Below, in pieces: positions 1 to 13,549 of a DNA stretch of 64,000 nucleotides. Each line of letters opens with the position of its first letter. Position 1 is the first letter of the stretch. A program made the translations under genes and the position numbers. The notes beneath the pieces are model-generated. The model did not search any database. It had not been told where the DNA came from and saw nothing but the letters and a program-made list of their open reading frames with translations. Origin of the DNA: Eledone cirrhosa (taxonomy: Eukaryota); NCBI GenBank assembly GCA_964016885.1, contig OZ024742.1:36208001-36272000 (forward strand). Reading direction: 5' to 3'.

Positions 1-141
1 GTTGCCAGTTGCAGTAGACGTCCGCCAAGAGGCCTCCGAACAAGTTTGGCATTTGTACGTAAAGTTCATAGGGCAGACCATCCAAACCAGGCGATTTACC
101 CCTTGTGCAACTAGTCATTGCATCCCGTACTTCAGCGGTTG

Positions 142-1462
142 TTATCGGCTTTTCGCAACACTCCGCCTCAGTGGCCGAAAGCCGCGGCAGTCCGTCGAGG
201 TAGACACTAAAGTCCATCCCTCGATCCGGCCCGCCACTGCCCCCGAACAGTTGAGCGAAGTGTCGCTGAAAAGCTTCACACATTTGCCCGGGATCGAGTA
301 GCATGCGCCCGTCGTGGTCCACCAAAGACCGGATCGTGGCTTTGTTGCCACGACGCGCCTCCGCCACTCGGGCCCATTGAACGGCTTTCGTCCCCTCGTG
401 TCTGAGAGCACGCACCCTAGCTCTGACAACGCAGCCTTCGTGCTTTGCATTGAAGAATTGGTCAAGGGCCAATTTCGCCGCAAGTACGTCGGTCGCGATG
501 CCTTAGCTAAGCGCCTCATCTAATTTTCTAACTAATTCTCCCTCTGCTCTATTTTTCTCTATTGCTAAAGTCTTAATAAACCTAATGGACTCTATTCTAA
601 TTGCTCTTTTCAGAGCAAACCACCACTTGTTGTTGACGATGGCCCCCGTCAACGCCCGCTTAACTAGTTCGCTAATCCGGTCTCTGTAGGCCTTGCGCGC
701 TGGTAAGGACGCGTTTAGCTTCCAGTAGCCGGGTCCTCGTCTATGAAGCCTATCTAAGTCAAGCACACAGATCACGAATTTGTGGTCCGTGTAGCTGACT
801 ATCTTGAATTGTGGACAGCCTATGCTAGACCTATCTATTTCCCTACAAAATACTCTATCTAGATATGATCTGGATGACCCTATGCGATTTGTCCAAGTCC
901 ACATTGGTACATTCGGGAAATCCATTCGGTACCTGTCAGACAGTTCAAAACGTCTGAGCAGGTTGGTGAGACTCTTTGACCCTCATTCCCTATCCACTAA
1001 TCCCACACAATCCCAGCGTGCATCTAAGATCCCGTTCCAGTCGCCCACTAACACTAAAGAGCGGGACGTTCCAAGAAAGGTCTCCAGACGCCGGAAGAAA
1101 TCAGGCCGCCCTGCTCCTGTCGGGGCATAGACGGCCACTAACCTGAAATCTTGCCCGTCTCCGCTGATCACGTCCAGCACCACCAACTTACCTTCTGGGT
1201 CCAGGAAGATGGCCCGTATGGCAAGATCCAAACCTCTCCGAAAAAGCACAGCAATTCCTCCCTCCGATCGCGGACGGCTGGGAGATGCGTACACATCGTA
1301 GCCGCCGAAGATCGGTGCGAAAGCCTGTGCTTCGGAGATTATGGTCTCGCTGATAGCCACTACATTTATGTTTAGTGACCTGAGATCGTTGAGCAGGTGG
1401 CCCTGCTTCCATGACGACCCCAAGCCACGCGCATTTATGCTGCCTATTCTGAGTGAGGTCAT
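142..1462 (-). pseudogene. LINE ORF2 N-terminus: apurinic-type (EEP) endonuclease and linker, at least 2 frameshifts
   Basis: APE motifs N-x-x-G, SET, VYAP, GDWN, LDR, TDH and the L1/Tx1 WKLN motif lie in successive frames. Confidence 0.88.
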
Positions 1463-1496
1463 GTTGAAAAGGAGTGGAAAAGATGGGAAAGACCAC

Positions 1497-3417
1497 TTAC
1501 ATTACTTCTCGTAGGGGAAGGACGGTTTTTCCATCCTTTTCACTGCTTGTGGCCTCCTCAGGAAGGATGTCCTTATAAATCCTCCTGGAGAGTGCTTGTT
1601 GGAAGTCTCCGATGTCTTTGGGGAATTTTTGTTTTAGTGTCATGTACGTTTTCTGTGTGATGCGAGTGATTTGTATGTGTGGAGGTGGTGTGAATTTTTG
1701 GGTTGTTGTGTAGTCTTTTTCTGTGATGCTGGTGTTGTGTTGGATGTAGTGTAATAATTGCTTGTTGTTCAAATTTAATGCTGTGTAGTGTGTATCGTTT
1801 TGGTTGTTTTGTTTTGTTTGCGTTTGTTGTGGGTTTGTTTCTGTTTCGCATTTTGGTGACTTTTGTGGTGTGGTGGTGGTGGTGTTGGGGTTAATGATGG
1901 TGATGGTGTTGGTGTTTGGGTTGATGGGGTTGGTGATGCTGGTGTGGATGGTGGCATATCTGTCCTAACTTTTTTGTTTGTTAATTTATTTGTTTCCCTC
2001 TGTATTTTGTTTTTGGAGGGGGAAGGAAGAGAATTTTTTCTTTTTTGGTTTCTTTTTTTTTCCTGATACCGTTTCCCACTCCTCGTCATCACAATCTGTC
2101 TCCAGTTGTGATAGGCCGGGGAGTGGAAAATCCTCCACAGGCGTTAGTTTTGGTTGTGGCGTGGTGGATGGTGTAGGCGCTAGTGCTAGTTCTGAGGCGT
2201 TGGGTGGTGGTGGTGTTGGTTTTGCTGGTGGTGGTGGTGTTGGTTTTGCTACTGTTGCTGGGGTTGTTGCTGTTATAGTTGCTTCTGTTGTTGCTGCCAT
2301 CTCTGCTACTGGTGGTGTCACTGGGGTGGGTAGGAGAGGTGGCCTCAACCTTTTAGCCTGAGGGCAGAAAGCCCTTAGGTGGGTTCCTTCACCACAAACG
2401 ACACACCTAGGCCTTCTGCCCTCGACAATTACGGTGAGGTGGCTGCCGTCAGTGAGGTCTATTACCTCTGGGATCTCCTCAATGCTTTTTTGGTCCGCTT
2501 GGATCAGGTGCTCCATCCCAGATCCGGACCAGTTCTCCTGCTTTTATTTTGCTATTGCTATTATTTTTGTGTTGGCTTCGATGCCGGCGAGGACGGCCGC
2601 TATTTGCCATGGAATTTCGATGGCCGGTGGAACGTGCGTCACCCTGATCTTTACGAGTCTCTGGCCACAATAGCTTGGGACGAGTGTGAAGTCGTCACTT
2701 CTTAATGGGGCCATGGAGTGTTCTCTAGCCTCCTCTGGTGTTTCAAAGAACACGTCCACGGTTCCATCCTTCTGCCCACGTCTGATGTGGGTTTTTCTTG
2801 CCCACACATGTCCCAAAGCTTTTTGGATTTGGGACTCGGATGCCCGTTCCACTCGGCGCGATTTTACATTTATTGTTCGATACGACACGGTGCATAGGCG
2901 CCGATGCTCCATTTTATTAGGTGGGGGTGGGGGTGAGGCTGACCCTGTACCCATCTTTACCATTTGTTTGGCATTTTCTAAATCCTCCTGAGTTACCGTA
3001 AATGCTTCGAACTGTTTTGCTACTCTGGCAAAACTCAGGGTGTTTTTTTATGTCATTGTTGTTATCGTTATTTTTGTTATTATTAATTTTAGTTTCAGTT
3101 GTGGTGGTGGTGACGTCAGTGAAAGTCGGTTTGGGAGAGTCTATTTTGGTTGAAAATATTTCGACATCACGAGTTGATTTATTTTTTCCTTTTGTTTCTG
3201 TTGTCGCGGTGGTGGTGGTGGTGGAGGCTTTAACACCTGCAGTCATTGGTAATGGCGGGAAATGAATGTCTGCCTGAGACAAATTTAAAATATTGCTACT
3301 GCTTATATTTTTTTTAGTGTTGGCAAACGTAGTAACATTTACAATGGTGGTGTCGGTGTGAGGTGTTAATTTGTGAGGAAGGCTTTCAGCTGCTTGGTGC
3401 AGAGGTGAATTAGCCAT
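1497..3417 (-). pseudogene. LINE ORF1 (gag-like, CCHC zinc knuckle), frameshifted
   Basis: CVVCGEGTHLRAFC (CX2CX4HX4C) in ORF 1986-2516. Consecutive same-strand ORF pieces 2917-3417, 2544-2963, 1986-2516, 1775-2092 and 1497-1772 lie just upstream of ORF2. Confidence 0.75.
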
Positions 3418-3624
3418 TTTTTCAAAAGAATTTTTTGATAATCATAAAAGTTTAAATTTTGGGCACAAGGCCCCAATCTTTTTGGGTGTCCTTTTCGGAA
3501 AACAATGTATGTGCGCTTATATATAGTTAACAATAAAAATTTTCCATAAATGGCAATTTTTAACAAACGGAAATAACAAACCTTTGCGGAGCTCACGATG
3601 ATACGATTTACTACGTAGGTCGCC

Positions 3625-3653
<29 letters not shown>

Positions 3654-3656
<3 letters not shown>

Positions 3657-6652
3657 ATGCTGATGGGCTAGGACAAGATTTGGTTGATATCCTAAACTTA
3701 GTGGTAGATGAAATGAATTGAACAATGATAGTGGGTAACCTATGAACCTAAGATTTGTAGACAGGAAAAAGTTAAAAGAAACAACAGCTAAGGTAAATAA
3801 AGTCATCCCATACCTTGAGGCGAGGAGCCTTCACCAGTGCAACAATATCCTCAAAGCAACAGCAAACGCGGTGAGGAAATTACTTGGCATAAAAGCGAGA
3901 GGAAACAACAGACAAGAAAGATCAGAAACTTGGTGGAAGAAACGACTGAATGGTCAAATCAGGGAAATGAGAAATGACATTGGAAAGCTTGAGTCCCTAC
4001 TGAATGGGACACTAAAAAACATAGACACTAAAAATAGACTGGAAATAAAGTACAAAACTAGGAGGAAAAAGCTAAATATTATCATAGAGGAACTGAAGCA
4101 ACGCATTGTAGCAAAGAGTGCAAAAATTAGGCGATACGAGAGCAGAGTCAGTCAGTATAGACAGAACCGCATGTTTGACAACAACCAGAAGATGCTGTTT
4201 GGACAGCTTGAAGGGAAAGAAAGAGGCAACGACTTGATCCCTGAGGCGGAACAAACTAAGACATTCTGGAGAGGAATATGGGAGCAGGATGTTAAACATA
4301 ATGACCAGGCAGTGTGGATTGAGACAGTACAAAAGGAGATTAGTGAACAGGCACACCAACAAACTGATTTGAGTATCACAGTTGAAACTCTTAAGGGGCA
4401 GGCCAAAAAACTAACCAACTGGAAATCACCAGGCCCAGATGGTGTGCAGGGGTATTGGATTAAAAATATAACATCCCTCCATCCGAAACTGACAACCATG
4501 TTCAATGACTGCTTGATGTCAGGTGAGGTACCAGAGTGGTTGACAAAAAATACCACAGTTCTGGTAATGAAAGACCGAATCAAGGGTAATGATGTTACCA
4601 ACTATAGACCTATCACATGTCTGTCCGTAATGTGGAAACTGTTGACAAGCATTATGTCTGAGGAAATCTACCATCACCTCCACACAAACAACTTGTTACC
4701 GGACGAACAGAAAAGATGCCGAAAGAAGTCCCGAGGTACAAAGGACCAGTTACTTATTGATATGATGGTAATGAGGAATTGCAAGAGGAGACACACTGGT
4801 CTTGCCATGGGATGGATAGACTACAAAAAGGCATTTGACATGGTGCCTCATTCTTGGATCACCAAAAGCCTAGAGATCTTCAAGGTGGCAGATAACATCA
4901 GACAGTTGTTGGGCAAAAGTATGAAGTCCTGGAAAACAGAATTAACATCAGCTGGAGAATCCTTGGGAGGCGTGAAGATCAAGAGAGGTATCTTCCAGGG
5001 AGATAGTCTGTCTTCTCGGTTGTTTGTCCTTGCCCTGGTGCCCCTGACCATTATACTGCGAAAAATGAGAGCAGGATACAAGTTGGGAAAGGGAGAGCTT
5101 ACCATCAATCACCTCCTCTTCATGGACGATCTTATGCTCTTCGGGAAGAGTGAGAAGGAGTTGGATGTGCTTGTTGATACTGTCCGTATTTTCAGCAATG
5201 ATATATGTATGCAATTTGGTATTAGTAAGTGTGGAGTCCTTGTGATGAAGAGGGGTAAATTGGGCAGAAGCAACGGAATCCAGGTACCAACAGGTGAGAT
5301 GATAAAGGAAATTGAAACTGAAGAAGGATACAAGTATTTGGGTGTTCTGGAGGCTGATGACATCAAGAACAAAAAAATGAAGGAATTGATAAGATCTGAA
5401 TACATTCGGAGAGTAAGGAGCGTATTAAAGTCACATCTGAACAGTAGGAATGGCATAAGTGCAGTAAATTCCCGAGCTGTGTCTATTATTAGGTACAGTG
5501 CGGGAATTCTGAGATGGAATGTTGCTGAACAAAAAGAAATGGATAGGAAGACTAGGAAGCTATTAACTATCTACAACATGTTCCACAAGAGGAGTGATGT
5601 CGATAGACTCTACTTAAGGAGATCTGAAGGTGGAAGAGGTCTTATCAGCATAGAGAACTGTGTTCAGATGGAGAAAAACAACCTACACAAATACGTGACT
5701 GATAGTAAGGAGCCAATGCTCAGAATTGTACTGAAGGAGAGGACAATATACCAGGGGATGTCCAAGGAGGAAATAACAACAAGGAGAAAGAGCAGCCTTC
5801 ATGAAAAATCCCTTCATAGTACCTTCTTTGGGAAAACTGAATTCAGAGATCCACAGACATGGAACTGGTTGAAAAGAGGAGACCTTAAAAAGGCTACAGA
5901 AGGAATGCTAATGGCTGCGCAGGAGCAGGCCCTCAAAACGAAGTGGTTGAAACACCATATTTACAAGGAGGAGGCTAGCCCACTGTGCAGGATCTGTGGA
6001 GTGAGAGAGGAGACTGTGGCTCACATTGTATCCGAGTGTAAACACCTAGCCCAGACTCACTATAAGGGTTGGAGACATGATGTGATGGGCAGGGTGATCC
6101 ACTGGCACCTATGCAAAGTAAACAATTTACCACATTCTGAGAAGAGGTATGAGCATAAGCCAGAGTCGGTGATAGAAAGCGAGCAGGTGAAGGTGCTGTG
6201 GGATTTTAGGATACAGATGGACAAGAAACTGGAACACAATAGACCTGACCTGGTGGTTTTGGACAAGGAAAAAAGATCGTGCCTGATTGTGGATGTGGCC
6301 TGCCCATTCGACACGAGGGTGCAAGAGAAGGAGAGGGAGAAAATTAACCGATACCAGGACTTAAAGTGGGAGGTAAAAAGGATTTGGAACTGCCATGAAG
6401 TCAAAGTGGTCCCGATTGTCATAGGCGCACTAGGTACTATCTAAAAAAAGTTTCCAGGGATGGTTAAAGAAAATTTGCCCCGCCACGCTTTTTGGAATGC
6501 TTCAAAAGGCATGCTTGCTGGGAACAGCAAGAACCCTCCGATACGTCCTGAATATCTGAGGCTGCAGGTAGTGGCTTGATATTCATTTCAACAAACTTTC
6601 CAGTTAACTAACATCAATGACTGAGACTCAAAGAACAATAATAATAATAATA
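3654..6652 (+). mobile_element. R4/Dong-type RLE non-LTR retrotransposon, 5'-truncated, flanked by (AAT)n
   Basis: RT + CCHC + restriction-like endonuclease ORF, a short 3' UTR, and (AAT)n at 3625-3653 and 6637-6652. Confidence 0.88.
3742..6559 (+). CDS. Reverse transcriptase-zinc finger-RLE protein (900-aa open frame; stop and frameshift at ~6442 cut off the last ~38 codons)
   Basis: KSPGPDG, NYRPITCL, IDYKKAFD, GIFQGDSLS, HLLFMDD, YKYLG, CRICGVREETVAHIVSEC, RHD, RPDLVV..DVACP..K..RY, PIVIGALG. The shifted frame continues ..LQKACLLGTARTLRYVLNI*. Confidence 0.9.
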
Positions 6653-6687
6653 AATTTGAAGACTAAAATCCCAAGAGGGCTCGATAA

Positions 6688-7018
6688 GACGTTATCTGGC
6701 AATGAACGGAAAACACGAAGACAATACGTCATTATGTGGAGCGATGAGAACAATTACACGCAAATACAAAACCACGTAAATGGTATAACTGAAGTCGTAG
6801 ACTAAAATTTTATTCTCGGCTTCAGAGTTAAGAATAAAGTATCTTCGTTTTTTCCGTCCATTGCCAGAGAACGTCTCCATCAACTACCTAATAGAATATT
6901 AGTCTACGACGTCATTTATACCATAAACGTGGTTTTATCTTTGTGTGTAATTGTTTTCACCGCACCAAATAATGACGTATTATCTTCGTTTTTTTCCGTT
7001 CTTTGCCAGGGAACGTTT
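6688..7018. repeat. Imperfect inverted repeat (~125-bp arms) with an extra internal partial arm
   Basis: 6688-6815 is the reverse complement of ~6895-7018. 6840-6876 is a second copy of the distal part of the arm. Confidence 0.75.
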
Positions 7019-7105
7019 CCACGAACCAAAGTATCGTCTTCCTGTCTTCCTTACGTTGCAACATTTTTTAAATATTTACTTCTGCGTTCACAGATTGACT
7101 TTTTT

Positions 7106-7156
7106 AGTTTCAGAAGATCCCGCTAAGGGTGAAAGCAGCGATTCTTTGCTTAAACT
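7106..7156 (+). ncRNA. Type I hammerhead-like motif with CAGAAGA core
   Basis: AGTTT-CAGAAGA-TCCCgctaaGGGT-GAAA-GCAGcgattctTTGC-TT-AAACT. Confidence 0.6.
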
Positions 7157-7396
7157 TTAATCTGTTATTTTAATAAATATATATATATATATAATATTAA
7201 GGATACTATTTATGGTTATGTATATACTAAAACTTTTTATAGTTATATATATTTTAAACCCTAAACAGTGAAGGTCAGTAATTTATTACTACCTTATTAC
7301 CAGTAAGATAAATAGCTCAATGTAATAACATCAGTTGTTCTACAGAGCAGTTATATAGAATTCACAAGAATCAAAGCTATGTTCAAAGCATTTATT

Positions 7397-7443
7397 CACT
7401 TACAATTGTTTCATCCAAACCTAGGCTTGGAGTCTTCGGAGCA
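7397..7443 (-). ncRNA. Minimal type I hammerhead-like motif (CCGAAGA core)
   Basis: TGCT-CCGAAGA-cTCCAAGCCtaGGTTTGGAt-GAAA-CAATTG-TA-AGTG, with palindromic stem III ACAATTGT. Confidence 0.65.
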
Positions 7444-9091
7444 TTTTTCTATGTTTGTACACATAATTGACCTCCTTTCCAACGCAAGAGACATACAGAT
7501 ACATATGTATATATTGATGTACAGTGGAGTGACATATATTATATTATATTATTTCTGTATAGCAATTCAAATTCAAAATCAAAATCAAAATTAAAATTAA
7601 AACAAAATTAAAACAAAATTAAAATACATTCGGCAGTTAACATAGATAATGCAAGAGGATAGTTTGTTAGTCAGATGTAGTAGTTAGTGTATGCGTTAGT
7701 TACACGTGGGGCATGCATGTGTGTGTCTCATTTATATATGATTATTGTGTGGCAGGGTTTTACATGTAATACAAGCACTTTAAGCGGGTAAGTAAGAGTA
7801 TTATGGAGGTTGTAATGGTAAGGTATTTTTTGTATATAATAAAAAAGTATGTGTGCAGAAAAATAAAAATAAAAAGGAGAAGCAAAAGAAAGTTATGGTT
7901 TTCGTATCCACCACCATTTTCACATTCAGGACAAGAAATACAGGGTTTATACATCCATCACATAAGTAACGATGATTCCGTATTGGATGTTTGATGCATT
8001 AAATTAAATTATTTTAGATTATTGCGGCTCAGTGTTCTTTAATCCAATTTTATAGAGTAGGTTGATTCTGCTGCGAGAATTTACATCGGTTTATTATCCG
8101 GAAGTATGTGTGTAATTAAGGGGAGTTAATGCGTAAGGGGAGGTAACTAGCTGATTTCCATAACTAAATTCATTGTTCTAACATACATTATAAGTTGTCT
8201 CAATTGAGTCCCTTATATAGACGGTTATATATGTATATTCAGTTTCCAATTTTAAATACAATCTATTCTATCATGATGTACTAAAAGTATTTATATTAGG
8301 ATGATTACTCCCTATCATAGAGTGCTACAACTGAATATTCCATACAAAGAGCCACACCTTTATATCAAAGTTCTTTGCAAATGTAGTCTACTCACAGTAC
8401 ATGTCAGGGGACCTATTAGAACTATGTCTACATAACCCCTGGTAAGTTCTGGAGCAGCGTATGGCTGTTTGCATGGCAAAGCCAAATACATCTCTAGGGC
8501 AGACAAAAACATCCCTCATTTACAATGTCATTAATCTATCCATCAAGTTATACTTGCATATATAACTCACATACCATTCATACATAATTCATTGACTCAA
8601 CATATAAGTTATACAGATCTCTTATGTTAATAAATTAATCTTATATATATCCAATGTTATCACTCCATACATACAAATACAATTGCATAAATAATTCTTC
8701 TTCGGGGTTTCTGTGTAATATTCATCCTGTGTGCGTATATGTAGGCTTGCTGAGTTGTTGAATAAACTTTGAGTTTGCAATTCAGCCTCTTATGCTTGTG
8801 TTGTTCTATGCTGTTTTACACAAGATAGGTTTAATTTCGAAAGCTTTAAGTTTAAGTTCGTTTATGCTTGCAACACATGATAATCTCCGATTTCCTGTTA
8901 ATTACGTGGTTTTCAGCTTGGTTATTCCATGCATTAATTTTTCTTTTCATATTGATCTCCTTTTCCTCCTTACACCAGGTCAGGTTCATCAGAGTATGTG
9001 TAACATCAAATCCAGCTGTGACTGGAATATTATAAATAGGCAGGTGTGATGTGTTCTACAGAGATGAACATATTCCGATTCTAATCTCCAC

Positions 9092-9182
9092 TGGGTCTGA
9101 TGAGCTAATCGAGTCTAGACTAGAAGCTGATTGTAATCGCTTGAGTCTCCGAACAAGTCATTTGTGAAACACGCGTTACTCG
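9092..9182 (+). ncRNA. Possible decayed hammerhead with expanded stem II
   Basis: TGGGT-CTGATGA-gctaat..~50 nt..atttgt-GAAA-CACGCG-TT-ACTCG. Confidence 0.4.
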
Positions 9183-10087
9183 TGATTACAATTAGGATAT
9201 GTTAAACTGAAACCTCGATCTCCCTTTCTTAACGCACACACACATATATATATCTACATATATATATATATATGAAAGAGTCGGGACCCCGACAGCTGAG
9301 CTCTTGCTGTTTCACCGATACAACGGCGATTCAACGGCGGAATTCCAACTCAGAATGCGAAGATCAGGAATGAATACAGTAAAGCATTCTATCTGACGTT
9401 CTATTTGTTTTGTCAATATGCCGCTTTATCCATATAAAACAGCGGGAACTCCTTAAATTTCACAGCCACACAACCGATTTTTTTTAACAGAGAAAAGGAT
9501 TTAGATTGTACCAAAAAATATTTTATCCTGTCCAGCATGACGTCTCATATCTTTCTTCATCGTGGTCGCCATATTTGTTTTATGTTTCTTTATTCGTTTA
9601 TATTTTAATCATATTATTTCTTTGTTATTTTTGATTTTTGCTTTTGTGACTTTCATTTCTTATATTCATTATATGCTGTTACTGATTTTTTTTTATTATC
9701 GCTGTAAAATGTTTGCCTTTTTTAGTTTAGTTTGATGTTATAATTAATACCGACTGCTGCCTAGTCTTTATCCATTACTTGATGACGTAAATGGTCTTGA
9801 TGTCACTCTAATTAAATTGAAATAGACTGGTGGATGTGAGGTAAGGAGAGACAGGGAAGCTCGAGTGAACCAGTGTATTATGATGTTTATACTTTTTCCC
9901 TCACAAGAATATAAACGCAAATACTAACAAGACACTTCATATCAACATTTAACATATCTCATTATAAAAAACGTATCAATGAAAGTTCTTGCTTGACTTG
10001 TTAGAAATAGCGGTTAAATCTCTCATAAATCATACACTTAGAAAAAGGACACGATACATAATGTGGAGCTAGGTCCATTTTCCATTT

Positions 10088-10775
10088 TGTATGTATGTAT
10101 GTATGTATGTATGTATGTATGTATGTATGTATGTATGTGTGTATATATGTATGTATGTGTGTATGTATGTATGTGTGTATGTATGTATGTGTGTATGTAT
10201 GTATGTATGTATGTATGTATGTATGTATGTATGTATGTATGTATGTATGTATGTATGTATGTATGTATGTATGTGTGTATATATGTATGTATGTGTGTAT
10301 GTATGTATGTATGTATGTATGTATGTATGTATGTATGTATGTATGTATGTATGTATGTATGTAGGTATGTATGTATGTTCTCCCTGGTTTTATAATTTCA
10401 CTAATTTTTGCCAATAAAGAGAGAGTCGGTTTCTAACATAGACACAAGACTCTCTCATTGGAATTTACACAACATCAACTAGGCAGATATGTATGCATGT
10501 CTGCATGCATGTATGTGTGTGCAGGTATGGATGTTATTGTATGTGTGGATGTGTATATTTTGAGTTGTATGTGTGCATGTGCATACGCTTTCTATCTGTA
10601 CATGTGTATATGCAGTATGTATGTATGTATGTATGTATGTATGTATGTATGTATGTATGTATGTATGTATGTATGTATGAATGAATGTATGTAATGTATG
10701 TATGTATGTATGTATGTATGTATGTATGTATGTATGTATGTATGTATGTATGTATGTATGTATGTATGTATGTAT
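10088..10775. repeat. (TATG)n microsatellite interrupted by a LINE 3' UTR copy at ~10378-10615
   Basis: Read directly. The insert matches 58475-58692. Confidence 0.9.
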
Positions 10776-10886
10776 GGACCCGTAACTCCTGATGGAGTCG
10801 TAGGGTCACCGTTTAAACCTGGCGGATTTCTTCCAGAGAATGAAAGATATTGAGAGAGAGGAAGTGAGAAAGAAGAAATCAACCCC

Positions 10887-11050
10887 ACTGGTACTATTTT
10901 TATCGACCTTGAAAAGGTGAAAGGTAAATATGACCTTGACGGGATTCCAACTCAGAATGCAAAGATGCGGAACAAATACCGCAAAACATTCTATCCGACG
11001 TTCTAACGGTGTTGTCAATATGCCGCTTTATCCATATAAAACAGCGGGAA
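10887..11050 (-). mobile_element. Older tRNA-derived SINE (related relics at ~9335-9450 and ~54870-55090)
   Basis: The reverse complement shows a B-box-like GAGTTGGAATCC and the ctttcacc..gtcgataaaaatagtaccag core shared with the other SINEs. Confidence 0.6.
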
Positions 11051-11397
11051 ATACTAAAACGATATTCTATGCCGACAAGATTATAGAACACGCTATATAT
11101 ACACTATATATTACACCTATAACAAACAGATTTCGGTGTTAATACATTTTTTAAAACTTAATATCCAATTAACGTAAAAGCATAGAGGGCCACCTATAGT
11201 AACTCATTATTACTATCCAACAGTCTCTTTTTATATATATATACAGGATGGGGAGCTGTCTTGTACTCTCAGTCTCTTAAAGCCAACGAAATTGGGATAA
11301 GTACCGGTCTAATGTACCTTTGAGCTTGGGGCAGACTTTAACTATAAAAGTTTTGTTTTACTTTTTGTTGAAAGTAGACATATATATATATATATAT

Positions 11398-11657
<260 letters not shown>

Positions 11658-13549
11658 ATTGCTCGATAGACAGATATGTAAAATGTTTTGCAATTGAAAA
11701 GGAAAAGAAAGTGAAAAGATTAAATAGCGAAATTAAAGGGAAGGGGGGGTGCAGTAGTCTCCATGGTATCTCAGTTGCGTCCAGAGGACAAAATGGCGAA
11801 GGCATTTACCCGGAATACAGCTAGCGACACCCGCAACATCATCCACATTACTTCACGGGATTCCATCCTCTGGTGGGATACATTCCTCTAAATTTTGGGG
11901 AAGACACCATTTCGGGATCCGAACATATATATATATATATATATATATTGTATATTAAAATCTCATTGGTGAGGGGGATACAAGCCAAAATGGCTATAAA
12001 AAAGTCGGTTCAACTTATATAGTACCCCGACCATGATTTCTGGAACTTAAGATATATAATTATATATATACCTATGTATATATATATATATATATACACA
12101 TATACTTATATATACATGGAAATGAAGCGGTCGGTTAAGTTATGGTGTTTAGCTATCTTCTTTTCCGCGTTAAAGACGGCAGTGCTCGGTTTTGTAGCCG
12201 AATATGAGAGCTTTAAAGTTTAACTTTAACAAAATTCAGATCGAATCCGGGACCACGTTATGATTGCGAAGCGAACTTCTTAGCCATTCAACTATACAAA
12301 CTACCAATTCTGTCAGTTCACTACAATTAATTTGCCCGTTACTCTACCGATTGTTATGCCAATTCAGAAATAACAATGAGTCTGCGAAAGAAGCAGGAAT
12401 TGGTCTTCCGGCTTTTCAGAAATGTTATTTCCAAGTTTGCTTTGTCTTATACTACTTTTATACTTTGACAGCTTCATCTGGTTTGTTGGAATTTTATTTG
12501 TATTATTTGTTAGTTTTTGTTATATTTGGTGGCCTTTTTCCTCTTATGTCTTTGTTTTATTATTTTATTGTTTGTTTATTGTCACTGTTTCTTACAATAA
12601 AAAGTAAACCATAGAATGGTTAGCAACATGACGTAACAGAATACAACAGACAATTGATAAGGGAGAATTGGAAATTGAGAATAAATTGAAAATGAAAACA
12701 TACAAATATGGCACGTTCAATAGGTTAAGACGGAAAAGAAGATGGAGAGAAAAAATGATAAAAAGGGTAGTGTGGAGAAAAAGAGAGGGGGGAATCATAG
12801 AGGAAAGACAGAGAAAGAAAGAGCAGAGATAGCGAAGGAGTTCCACATACAAAGAAGTGAAAAAAAGTGGACTAGAGAGAGGTAGTGAGAGAATGAAACA
12901 GAAACAGTGAACGTAAGGAGAGAGGTAGTTAATAAGGTAGGTAGCTGAGAAAGAACGTGAATACGTGAACAGGCACGCATACACACACGCATACGCACGC
13001 GCACACACACGCACACACACACACACATATGTATATAAAGTTAATAAAGAATAAAGTGATCAAATGTATGTGGCCATAATAATACCACAATATCGATATA
13101 TACAAACAGATCGAATACTAACCTGGACCATGTCGAAGACAAGAATCGATAAAAATCGATAAAAATCTTTGATAGGTTTCTGGGATTCGGAGAAAATACA
13201 TCAAGAGTTACACAATGTATATACAAGCCATAGATGTATCTATTAATGGAACAGGAATATCCCTTCCTCGGCAGGTTTTCGTTCCAGAATAGCCGACTTA
13301 GTCTGGTCGTTAGAAGACAGTGGGTCACTCTATTGTAGTAGTAAATTCGCCAGTGTCATCACGTGACATTTCTAAAAAAGAGGTAGCTGAAATCGGGCGA
13401 CGTTTTGGCGGGTAAATTTAAGGTGTGAACAAAAGATGTTTTCACAGCCGCAAAGCAAAGCTCTCAACTAGCTTTATAAACAATCAATTAAATAATTAAT
13501 TATATGAAACTAGGAGTAAGATAACAGTATAAATCGATGTTGTAGCCAC

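Larger units (their letters stand above)
1..3623 (-). mobile_element. L1/Tx1-type non-LTR retrotransposon, 5' part (ORF1 + APE endonuclease of ORF2), frameshifted; continues beyond the left edge
   Basis: ORF2 start MTSLRIGSINARGL, then LVGDWN, TWTN..SYLDRVF, YTDHK and GPGYWKLNASL, split over ORFs 983-1462, 503-925 and 142-519. Upstream ORF1 pieces carry a zinc knuckle. The 5' end abuts the (AAT)n tract. Confidence 0.88.

Noticed and set aside
4072-6422. Antisense ORFs within the RT gene
   Set aside because: These are shadow frames of the long sense ORF.
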